Origin: Octopus sinensis | Taxonomy: Eukaryota | DNA length: 15,854 bases | Direction: 5' to 3' | Assembly: GCF_006345805.1 (NCBI RefSeq) | Contig: NW_021825359.1 | Coordinates: forward strand, 1 to 15,854 | The notes under the pieces: model-generated | What the model was told of the DNA's origin: nothing | Seen by the model: only the letters and a program-made list of their open reading frames with translations | The model's database searches: none | Part shown: positions 1-9,659 of the stretch, piece by piece | Position numbering within the stretch: the stretch's first letter is position 1 | How the letters are laid out: the number at the start of each line of letters is the position of its first letter | Translations under genes and position numbers: made by a program

Positions 1-40
1 GTTTAGAAACCCACTAGTTATTATTAAAGGAGAGATATAA

Positions 41-172
41 AGAGGCCAATGCAAAAAAAAGGTACCCGACATAAAAAAAAAGAAAGAACTGTAGTTTATT
101 TGTTCGATTAAAATTTTCTTCAAGGCGGTTCCTCCGCGTGGCCGCAGTCTGATGTTAAAAAGAGTTAAAAGA
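41..172 (+). mobile_element. Old, degenerate 3' fragment of SINE family A
   Basis: caaggcggttcctccgcgtggccgcagtc...aaaagagttaaaaga (121-172) and atttgttcgattaaa align by eye to the 3' part of the SINE at 1655-1980 (aaggcggtgctccagcatgtccacagtc...agtaaaagagcaaaaga; atttgctcgataaaa). Heavily diverged. Confidence 0.5.
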
Positions 173-330
173 ACCTCCAAATTTCTTAGTAAAAGTTTAA
201 GCTAAGGAATGTAACTCTTGTTCACCTATCTCAGTAATACTATGGTTCTGATATATCTCGCAGTCGCTTTACCTGCTGGAAATATCACCCCCATTTCTTT
301 TACATCAGATCTCAAAGCGCTAAGGACCCG

Positions 331-365
331 TATTAGAGTTAATATATCTATATTTATATACATAT

Positions 366-401
<36 letters not shown>

Positions 402-408
402 ATTATCT

Positions 409-444
<36 letters not shown>

Positions 445-476
445 TATATTATTATTTTATTATTATTATTATTATT
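331..476. repeat. Compound microsatellite (TA)n followed by (ATT)n
   Basis: Direct reading. It explains the YI/poly-Y tail of ORF 218-478. Confidence 0.95.
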
Positions 477-1016
477 GAGTGAGAGAGCAGTGATGCCATC
501 AAAGTGACACTGGGGTAAAATATACGAAGCCCAATACCCATCATGACTACCGTCTGATAAAGGACACCAGGCACATGCATCACAACCATATGTGCGCGAC
601 ATGGTGATCTCATATCAAGATAAACAGCACATGACCTTGCAGTGGGGGCCCAGGTTAGAATTTTTTTCAGGTTGAGTAGCCCATCCCGCTCAAACGGTCC
701 CTGAACAAGGGTTGTTTAAGGATGTTGAAAGAACCACCCATGTTTCCAGAGGTGAACTATTCAAAACCCCAAAGAATCCCTCTCACACATGGCCATGATG
801 CTCCCCACTACTTCTGCTCGTGATCAGAGATGCACATATCGTCAGCCACTAAGGGACATGCTCAACTGGTTAAGGTCAAAACAACTGACAAGCAAATCTG
901 TGGTATGAGCAGAATATTTGCTGTAGCCCATTTTTTATACAAGACAAAACAATGTACATGATAACACTTCCAATCAGTTAAGATCAGAAGCCATGAGAGC
1001 CACTGCCTGGTACTGC
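477..1016 (-). mobile_element. Probable interspersed repeat: retroposon 3' segment with an (AAT)n tail, unclassified
   Basis: A 540-bp complex block with sharp edges between two (ATT)n arrays. The minus strand ends ...ctctctcactc-(AAT)n. No coding motif is recognisable, so the classification is inference. Confidence 0.45.
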
Positions 1017-1017
1017 C

Positions 1018-1049
<32 letters not shown>

Positions 1050-1148
1050 GTATTGTTATTATTTTATTATTATTATATTATTTTATTATATTATTGTTAT
1101 TATTATGAATTATTATATTATTATTATTATTATTATATTATTATTATT
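1018..1148. repeat. (ATT)n microsatellite
   Basis: Direct reading. It explains the poly-L/poly-Y ORF 993-1199. Confidence 0.95.
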
Positions 1149-1535
1149 TCTCCCTTTAGTTTTCAGCCACAGGCACAAGTAGTTCTCCGCAGGAGCTAGC
1201 TTGAAAAATCCGTACGGAGTGCGGCTTTTAAGCTAGTATTTATATACATAGTATTTACATATATATATATATATATATACATACGTATGTATAAATATTT
1301 ATACCTACATATATATTTTTCATAAGTACCATGATAAACACATTGTAGCGAACGATGTGTTTATCTTGGTAGTTTTGACTTTAAGAGTCCCTCCTAGCGT
1401 GAGATATTTATGTATAGTAATACCCTTAATATAGATAAATCTAATTAAAGGGAATAATTAATAAATTTCTTCTTTATGAGGTTTTTCACGCTAATTGATA
1501 ATTTCTTATAAAGGTTTTATCCAATTTTTAAATTG

Positions 1536-1618
1536 TACATACGTACATACATACATACATACATATATATATATAATACATACACACATACGCACACACA
1601 CACACACACACACACACC

Positions 1619-1654
<36 letters not shown>
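1536..1654. repeat. Compound (TACA)n/(CA)n/(TA)n microsatellite
   Basis: Direct reading. Confidence 0.95.
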
Positions 1655-1656
<2 letters not shown>

Positions 1657-1980
1657 CGTAGGAATGTTTGTGTGGTAAGTAGTTTGTTTACCAACCACAT
1701 GGTTCTGCGTGCAGTCCCATTGCGTGGCACCTTGGTCAAGTGTCTTCTACTACAGCCTCCAAAGCCTTGTGAGTGGATTTATTTGTCCTCGCAACATCGC
1801 TTGACAACCGATGCTGTTGTGTTTACGTCCACGTAACGTAGCGGTTCGGCAAAAAGAGGCCGATAGAATAAGTACTAGACTTACAAAGAATAAGTCCTGG
1901 GGTCGATTTGCTCGATAAAAGGCGGTGCTCCAGCATGTCCACAGTCAAATTACTGAAACAAGTAAAAGAGCAAAAGAATA
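1655..1980 (+). mobile_element. tRNA-derived SINE family A (CORE-like), internally deleted copy
   Basis: Colinear with the reverse complement of 5726-6132: tRNA-like head, CORE-like ggcaccttggtcaagtgtcttct, body, tail ggcggtgctccagcatgtccacagtcaaattactgaaac and agtaaaagagcaaaaga. It lacks ~75 nt of the centre. Confidence 0.9.
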
Positions 1981-2650
1981 CATATGTATATATGTGTGGT
2001 GGTGTGTGCGTCTGTGTATGTGTTTCTCTGTGTCTGTGTGTGTGTGCGTGTGAGTGTACTTATGTATTATGTATGCGTGTATATACTTATATGTATAAGT
2101 GCGTGTTTGCTTGGTTATGCCCGTATCGTAAACTTTAAGTTAAACCAATCGTTAGAACTGCGTTTATTTTTGTTTTTTCTGCCCCCATCAGTCTCTTGGT
2201 CTCACTATCACCCCACTAGATTAGCACTTTAGCAAACCTAATAAACGCACTTTAAATAAAAAAACAAAACCTTAACCATAACAGACAAGGCCGAAAACAT
2301 ACAATGGCGTCGAATTGATAAACAAGAAATTAAATAAAATAAAATTTAAAAAAACCCCCAAAAAAAACAACTTTCAACTCAGTGACCCAGCATGGCCGCA
2401 GAGTGCTTACTGTAGTCACCATAAGATTGTAAACAATAACATAACTGAAGAATCATGAATAAGAATTCTATATTGAAAACAGACGCCAATTATGGTAGCA
2501 GAAATTCTTGGAAATGTTTCTTATTTGTCCCAGTTGGCCAGCCATGGACTCCGCGTTGACACGTCACCATTCGCAGCAAGATCATGATGTTATCGTTTCA
2601 CATTTATAATTCGCTATGTCTTTATTATTTCTATTAATTTCTTTCTCATC

Positions 2651-2741
2651 GATATATATATATTATATCTATATATAGTATATATATATATATATATATA
2701 TATTATCTCTATATATATATATAATATATATATCTGTATGT

Positions 2742-2790
<49 letters not shown>

Positions 2791-2843
2791 TAGTATATAC
2801 TATATATATATATTAATATGATATATGATATATATAATATATG
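2651..2843. repeat. Imperfect (TA)n microsatellite
   Basis: Direct reading. Confidence 0.95.
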
Positions 2844-2979
2844 GTGTGGAATATCGTTTGTGTATAGCGCGAGCTTGGCGGCTTTCGATTTATTATTATA
2901 TTATTTTTATGTTTTGGCTTGATAATTAGAACACAAAAATGGTAATAGTCTATTCTATATGTCAGAGTATAAGCATGGA

Positions 2980-3009
2980 CGTGTGTGTATATGTATCTCT
3001 GTGTGTATA

Positions 3010-3050
<41 letters not shown>

Positions 3051-3214
3051 GTGTGTGTGTGCATGAGCACGTATAATTGCTCACACTCAGATACACACAG
3101 ACACATACGAATATAAATGTATATTATTTATTATCTAGTTCGTTACGCATTTTCTTTTCTTGCCATCCATCCCTGCACCGACCATACACATGAATATACA
3201 TACATACACACACA

Positions 3215-3248
<34 letters not shown>

Positions 3249-3522
3249 CATATAAAGAAGCGCAGTATATGTAGTTATATATTAATATATATATATATTA
3301 TATGCTTTCGGATACTCACATATATATATAGATAAAAAATACTGATTTACACCTAACACACACACACACATACACACATGATATATATGTTTATCTCTAT
3401 GAGTGTGCATAAGTATATATCTACACCAAAATATATAAACAAAATCAGACACGCGCATACTTACATACATACATACATACATACATAAATATACATACAT
3501 ACATTACATACATACGTATATA

Positions 3523-3562
<40 letters not shown>
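2980..3562. repeat. Cluster of (TG)n/(CA)n/(TACA)n/(TA)n microsatellites with short unique spacers
   Basis: Direct reading. Confidence 0.85.
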
Positions 3563-3564
<2 letters not shown>

Positions 3565-3668
3565 GTCATTGAACCTAAGTTGGTTCGTCTGTCTCTGATG
3601 TACAGTACAGTCAAGAAATTACGGCGTACATAGTCATGAAATGATTGTCAATGAATGGGTGTTAATTG

Positions 3669-3687
3669 TAGCCGTTAGGGGGCGCCA
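3669..3687 (+). promoter_or_regulatory. Candidate CTCF-binding motif
   Basis: tagccgttagggggcgcca versus the canonical TGGCCACCAGGGGGCGCTA; the AGGGGGCGC core is intact. Motif match only, with no functional evidence. Confidence 0.4.
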
Positions 3688-3809
3688 AGTGCACGGAGAT
3701 AAAGTCAACTTTTTTGTCGTCACAGATATGCTTTCTTCCTGCGAATCCTCTAAAGATTCCACTATTTTTAACATTTTTTCTTGATCGCACTTTTTCATGA
3801 TTCCTTCAC

Positions 3810-3811
<2 letters not shown>

Positions 3812-3849
<38 letters not shown>

Positions 3850-4040
3850 ATCTTTATCTCTCTCTCTTTATCTTTCTCTCTCTATCTATCGATTTCTTTC
3901 TCTGTTACTTAAACGCTGTTCCCCGCCTTCCCCATATATTCCTCTTTCCCCTGTCTTTCGTTTTTGCCTTTTCTTTGTCTATTTATCTCTCTCTCTCCCC
4001 CCTATCTTTCTCTCTTGCCTTCATTCTCTAACTCTTTCTG
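3812..4040. repeat. (CT)n microsatellite decaying into a polypyrimidine tract
   Basis: Direct reading. Confidence 0.9.
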
Positions 4041-4114
4041 TCATTATGCATTTATATTCAAAGGTGTATGTGTGCCCGTGCGTATGAGATCAGTGACTTT
4101 TTAGGTGTTTAATA

Positions 4115-4372
4115 TTGTATATATATATTATATATTATATATATATATATGCACATATTTATATACATATATATATATATATATACATATATAATAAATA
4201 TATATATAATATAATATATATATATATATATGTATGTATATATGTATTATATATATATATATATATTATATATATAGATATATAACATATATATATAAAT
4301 ATATAAACAATATAATTATTTATCTATATCTATGTATCTATCTCTCTCTCTTAATATATATAAATATATAAA

Positions 4373-4412
<40 letters not shown>

Positions 4413-4703
4413 ATATACGTTTGTTAATACATATATACATACAGTCACGGAGAGAGAAAAAGTGAGACTGAGGAGAGAAGGAAGAGGATGGAAAGATGAA
4501 TCGAAGCCTGTTAGAGAATAAGTTGTGTGTTTGTGTGCGCATGAACGTATACAAGTTGTGTATATAATGAGTTAACTTCTAAAGATAAAGATCGCATTCC
4601 ATATATTGTATATACACCTGTATATGTGAGTGCGAGTTCATATATGTATATATATATATTATATTATATATATATTATATATATATATGTATATATATAT
4701 ATG

Positions 4704-4790
<87 letters not shown>

Positions 4791-4800
4791 CGTATATTGA
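4115..4800. repeat. Two long imperfect (TA)n arrays (about 4115-4440 and 4640-4800) around a short purine-rich spacer
   Basis: Direct reading. Confidence 0.9.
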
Positions 4801-4861
4801 ATATGTTTTAACGCGCGCACAAAAGCATACACAATAGGTGGTAGAGCCATACACACGAATG

Positions 4862-5070
4862 TTCTTTTGTTTCATTCATTATGACTGAGGCCATGCTGGA
4901 ACACGGCATTAAAAGGTTTTAGTCGATGGAATTGAACCCAGGGATTCTTCATTTCTAAGACTAGTATTTATTTCATCGGTCTCTTTTGGTGAACTGTTTA
5001 GTTACGGGAACGTAAATACACCAGCGACGGTTGTTCAGCGATGGCGAGGTGGACAAATATATACACAAAG

Positions 5071-5105
<35 letters not shown>

Positions 5106-5119
5106 TATATATATACGAC
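4862..5119 (-). mobile_element. SINE family A, older headless copy (tail, body and internal microsatellite)
   Basis: tgactgaggccatgctggaacacggc...catcggtctcttttggtgaactg...ggacaaa...(CA)/(TA)...atacgac is colinear with 5726-5976, with many substitutions. Confidence 0.85.
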
Positions 5120-5485
5120 ACCCTTATTGTAAATTCAAAATTAAATTAATAAGTTATCTAACCGGCAAAGGCCGCTGTAGTAAAATATTATCTGCAGCAT
5201 CAGTTTTTCCGGTAATTTAGCGCGCCAAAACGAGGACATTTGAAATAGTAACCACGAGTGTAATGGGTAGGACTGTTTTACAAGTCTGACTTTGCGTGGA
5301 CGTCCTAGAATGCAGTCTTGCAAATTACATTCACCTGGGACGGTCGTACCGATGATCTACGGACAATTACGTAATTTGTTGATAGTGAAACATGTATACG
5401 AATAATCCATATTTTTATTACTTTTTCTTTTGTGTTGCTCGATTAAGTTTTGGTTGTTTTGCTCAATTTTCTTGAGAACATTTCT

Positions 5486-5632
5486 TTCTAGCATATGGGT
5501 GTCCACATGTTGGTTTCCCTCTAATATATATATAATACAGTTTTACTGAACATTCGGTTTTTTTATGCGAGCCCACTGGTGTGAAATCGATGTTAATTAA
5601 ATTAATATCTACTTTCTCACCCTTATTTTAAA
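5486..5632 (+). repeat. Unclassified ~150-bp dispersed repeat, copy A, with internal palindrome at 5578-5621
   Basis: Aligns to the reverse complement of 9450-9598. The stretch 5575-5632 versus 9450-9507 matches at 46/58 ungapped. Confidence 0.75.
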
Positions 5633-5692
5633 TTTATAATATATATATATATATATATATTAATATATATACATATATATATATATATATAT

Positions 5693-5725
<33 letters not shown>
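5633..5725. repeat. (TA)n microsatellite
   Basis: Direct reading. Confidence 0.95.
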
Positions 5726-5727
<2 letters not shown>

Positions 5728-6132
5728 CTCTTTTACTCTTTTACTTGTTTCAGTCATTTGACTGCGGCCATGCTGGAGCACCACCTTTTAGTCGAGCAAA
5801 TCGACCCCGGGACTTATTCTTTGTAAGCCCAGTACTTATTCTATCGGTCTCTTTTGCCGAACCGCTAAGTAACGGGGACGTAAACACACCAGCATCGGTT
5901 GTCAAGCAATGCTAGGGGGACAAACGCAGACACACAAACACACACATACATATATATATATATACATATATACGACAGGCTTCTTTCAGTTTCCGTCTAC
6001 CAAATCCACTCACAGGGCATTGGTCGGCCCGGGGCTATAGCAGAAGACACTTGTCCAAGATGCCACGTAGTGGGACTGAACTCGGAACCATGTGGTTGGT
6101 TAGCAAGCTACTTACCACACAGCCACTTCCCC
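5726..6132 (-). mobile_element. tRNA-derived SINE family A (CORE-like), full-length copy
   Basis: Minus strand: A-box-like TGGCTGTGTGG (6125-6115), B-box-like GAGTTCAGTCC (6083-6073), CORE-like catcttggacaagtgtcttct, internal (TA)/(TG) microsatellite, 3' hairpin CAGTC-AAAT-GACTG (5764-5751) and (AGTAAAAG)2 tail. Confidence 0.92.
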
Positions 6133-6339
6133 TAAAAATAATAATGTTATTGGCCACGGGCGTAAAAGCTGTATAGGCAAATTTAATAATTATATATAAG
6201 CTGTATAAATATATATATATATTATGGAATAATACATAAGCACCTACATCACGAAAAACACAAGTGAAATTACTTTGTGGCTCAGGAGATATTTCATTTC
6301 TAATTTTAGCGAAACATTGCTTATGTAGTGTGCCCTAGA

Positions 6340-6414
6340 ATATATAAATATATTTACATAATTATATGTCTATATATACATATATACATATTATATAATA
6401 TATAATATATATAT

Positions 6415-6461
<47 letters not shown>
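6340..6461. repeat. (TA)n microsatellite abutting the LINE 3' tail
   Basis: Direct reading. Confidence 0.95.
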
Positions 6462-6462
<1 letters not shown>

Positions 6463-9440
6463 GATTGATTGATTGATTGATTCTAGTTTCAGCTTATGAG
6501 CTGTGGCCATGCTGGGCACCGCCATTTGGTGTTGCTACTTGGTTTCACTTCATGGAGGCTTTCTAGCAACTGCTATTTGGTGCATGAGAGAGTTCGATGC
6601 AGCTGCCCTCATCTGCCCCTCCTGCCGTGAAGTTGGTTCATCTGGGACACCTGACAGGAAGAGATCCAGCTTCATTTTAAAGACATCTGTTTCCACCCCA
6701 TGCAGGTCTCTCAGGTTCTTCGGGAGGATATTGAAGAGCTGTGGGCCTCGGAAGCCCAGGCTATCACAGAATCTTGTCCTACATCTTGATGGCAGGTTTG
6801 GAGTCCTAGGCACCACGCAGTGGCGCCCAGTTCTGGCATTTGCGTAACTCTCGATGCCAAAGTTCAGGACACTTCCCTCCAGGATCTTCGCCTACGCTCC
6901 AGGGAATATAATTTTAATCTCTTGAGTCTTTCCCAGTAGCTTACATTCTGCATAGAGGCTATCTTCTTTGTGTAGCTTCGTTGGATCGCCTCAAGTTCTG
7001 TGATCAACTTGACACTGGATGGTGACCATAGCTGAGAGCAATAGTCAAAGTGGCTTAGGACAAGTGTCTTCCAGAGGACCATCATGGTTTCTTGTTCTCT
7101 TGTTCTAAAGGTTCTAAGAATCCATCCAGCCAGCCGTCTACATTTCATTGTCAGTTTAGCAACATGTACATGAAAGGTCGCGTCATCACTCATGTGAATA
7201 CCCAGGTCACGCACTGATTGTGCCTCTGGGATTGCAATCCCTCCGGGTCCAGTGTATTCATTGGGTATTGCATTCAGTTTTGCTTGAAACTTTCCAGCAT
7301 TGAACTGCATGCTATTCTTTTCAGCCCACTTGTATATTTCGTCCAGCTCACATTGCAGGTGTTTAGTGTCCTCAGGGTTCTGTATGGCCTGTGAAACTTT
7401 TGTATCATCTGCATAACTTGTGATCGTGGCTCCTCTGCGTGGCTGAGGGCATGTCTGAGAGGGCCATTATGAACAGTAGTGGTCCCAGAACAGTGCCCTG
7501 CGGAACACCGCTCACTATTTGTGTGTTAATGGAGGTGGCCCCATTGGCTACTACCACCTGACTTCTATCTTTCAGAAAGTCATGAAGCCATTCTCCCAGT
7601 TTTCCAACTATGTTAAGATCACGCAGTTTGTGACATATCATTCCATGATCGACTTTATCAAAGGCCTTTGCAAAGTCGAGATATATCACTTCCACATTTG
7701 AGTGGTTGAGCAGCCGTTTCAGCACCCAGTCATAGTGTTGTAGGAGCTGAGTTAAACAGCTTCTCCCTGGTCGGAAACCATGTTGGGTGTCGGGCAGCAA
7801 GTCATTCTCTTCAAGGAAGGTGATCAGCTTCCTTCTGACTATCGTTCCATGACCTTGCTGATGTGTGAGGTCAGAGAGATAGGTCTATAGTTCTTGGCTT
7901 CCGCTCTGCTACCTCCTTTATGAATGGGGCATATTTTACCTTCCTTCAGTTTTCCTGGAAGTTTGCCAGCTGCAAGGAAGCTCTGAAAGAGGACTGCAGT
8001 GGTCTTGCTAGGACTCTCTTACATGCTTTTAGGAGGATTGCCGGGAATCCATCGGGGCCAGTAGCTGAGTCTGTTTTCATTTCATCTATAGCCTTGGTTA
8101 CATCGTCTTCCTTTATATCGATGTAATCTATCGTCGCCGCCTCTGATTTTATATCTGCAGTGGTAAAAAAGTCAGTTGGATTGGTGATTTGGAGATGCCC
8201 AAGGGGTGGAGTGAAAACACTCTTGAATTGCTCATTCAGTATTTCACTTACCCTCATTGGTTTTCCTGTAAGTGTGCCATCCTTTTCGAGAGTGGCCCTA
8301 TTCTACAGTGCACTGTAGCTGTTTCTTTGGCATACCTGTAGAAAGCTCTGGGGTTAGATTTTATGTTTTCTATAGCCCAGGCTTCTTTGTCTGCTCTTTC
8401 TTTTTCATGGGAGAGTTGCAGACATTTTTCGATTTCCAACATTTTTTTTTAGGCGGGACTTTTCACTGCTTTCAATCTGTTTGTTTAGGCGAATTGAAAA
8501 TTTCGTACGCCGTTCATTAAATTTTCCTCTCTCTGGGGATTTTGTTCTGTGTACAGTGGCCTTTCTCTCTGGGACACATTTGTAGCATATGGCTTGCATT
8601 ACACATGAATTGTTGAAGTTTCACGTCGATGTCTGGCGAGGAGAGACATTTAGGCCAGTTTTGTTTGAGGATCTCTTTCTCAATTTGTTTCCAGTTTGCC
8701 TTATGGTCGTTCAAGCTGGAAAGATTTTGAGGGTTTCTTGTAGGCTGCATGTCCGTGCTCTCTTTTTGCCCGTACATGGTCAGCTCTATCATGTTGTGAT
8801 CCGAGAGTAGTGTCGGTGTCACTTTCACATTATGGATGAGATCCATGTCATTTGTGAAGCAGAGATCCAGTGTGTTACCTGCCCTGGTTGGTTGGAGTAT
8901 TACCTGCTCCATGTACAGGGTGTTGATGAGGTTCAGGAGGGACCTCGCCTGTCCTCGTTCACATCTTGTCATTCCTGGGAGAGAAAGGCCCTCGGGCCAT
9001 CTGACATTGGGCAGATTGAAGTCTCCCATAAGAAGCACACCTATGTGTTGTTCTAATGTGGTTAGAACTTCTATTTTTATAAGGCAGTCTTCAAACTTGC
9101 CCACATGGCTTGGGGCATCTGGAGGGCGATGTAGCACACACAACTACATCAAGTTGCCTAATATGTACAATTAGTGTGTCACACACCGAGTTTGAGTATG
9201 ACAAGAGGACCTAGGGTGTGAGGTCCTCACGGATGTACATAGCAACACCTCCATGACTCCTTTCTTTCCTGTCGGTCCGTAGTACAGCATAGTGTGGTAT
9301 GTGTAACTCCGCATCTGCTATGTCCGGTTTCAGGTGCGTTTCTGTAAGTGCTATGCATAAGGCTTGATTGCATGCAACAAAGTCTCTCAGGAACGGGATC
9401 TTTGTCCTGTTACTGAGTGTTTGCAGTCCTCTGATGTTAT
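6462..9440 (-). mobile_element. CR1/L2-group non-LTR retrotransposon (LINE), 5'-truncated, copy 1
   Basis: APE and RT motifs occur in the expected order, followed by a short 3' UTR with a hairpin (6503-6490) and a (TCAA)5 tail (6481-6462). The 5' end abuts (TA)n at ~9440. No ORF1 is present. Confidence 0.95.
6550..9438 (-). pseudogene. Disrupted LINE ORF2: apurinic endonuclease + reverse transcriptase
   Basis: APE motifs: NIRGL (from 9438), ALTETHL, GGVAMY, GDFN (9026-9015), TLDL, SDH (8804-8796). RT motifs: GPDG, NYRPISL (7892-7872), QHGFRPGRSC, YLDFAKAFDKVDH, PQGTVLGP (7503-7480), YADD (7415-7404), DLG, then LERRR and PDEP in the C-terminal region. One in-frame TAG at 9213-9211 and at least 8 frameshifts (for example ~9140, ~8600, ~8445, ~8270, ~7975, ~7845, ~7435, ~6887). 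Confidence 0.95.
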
Positions 9441-9449
9441 ATATATATA

Positions 9450-9598
9450 TTTAAAATGATGGTGAAAAATTGGATGTTAATCTATTCAACATCAATTTAA
9501 CACCAGCGGTCTAGGATATTAAAATCTAAAGGTTCAGTAAATTGTATTATATATATATGAGAGGGATAACCACTGTGTGGACAACCCTTATGCTAGAA
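9450..9598 (-). repeat. Unclassified ~150-bp dispersed repeat, copy B, with internal palindrome at 9461-9504
   Basis: Its reverse complement aligns to 5486-5632 across the terminal arm, TA spacer and palindromic module. Confidence 0.75.
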
Positions 9599-9659
9599 GC
9601 AGATCTGCTATGGCTCTACTTCTAGCATTACGGTTGTGCACATAGTGGTCGTCCTTCTC
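9559..9659. repeat. 101-nt imperfect inverted repeat (45-bp arms, 11-nt spacer) flanked by TA runs
   Basis: 9559-9603 versus the reverse complement of 9615-9659 match at 37/45 ungapped. Confidence 0.9.

Noticed and set aside
2386-2401. cccagcatggccgcag, matching the LINE/SINE tail
   Set aside because: Only 16 nt, and the hairpin and flanks do not continue. It may be a remnant but is not supportable as a feature.
2517-2609. Acceptor-like tttcttatttgtcccag followed by Kozak-like gccagccATGG and a 21-aa ORF (MDSALTRHHSQQDHDVIVSHL)
   Set aside because: No donor site, no recognisable homology and a very short ORF; expected by chance without RNA-seq support.
5119-5140. cacccttattgtaaatt, resembling the end of repeat copy A (5618-5634)
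   Set aside because: Short and AT-rich; it cannot be distinguished from chance or a tiny remnant.
5141-5323. 60-aa minus-strand ORF in unique sequence
   Set aside because: No recognisable domain or convincing splice signals.
6503-9174. Plus-strand ORFs overlapping the LINE (6503-6847, 7519-7701, 7920-8126, 8272-8520, 8589-8810, 8832-9056, 8836-9174)
   Set aside because: They are antisense shadows of ORF2 with no independent motifs.
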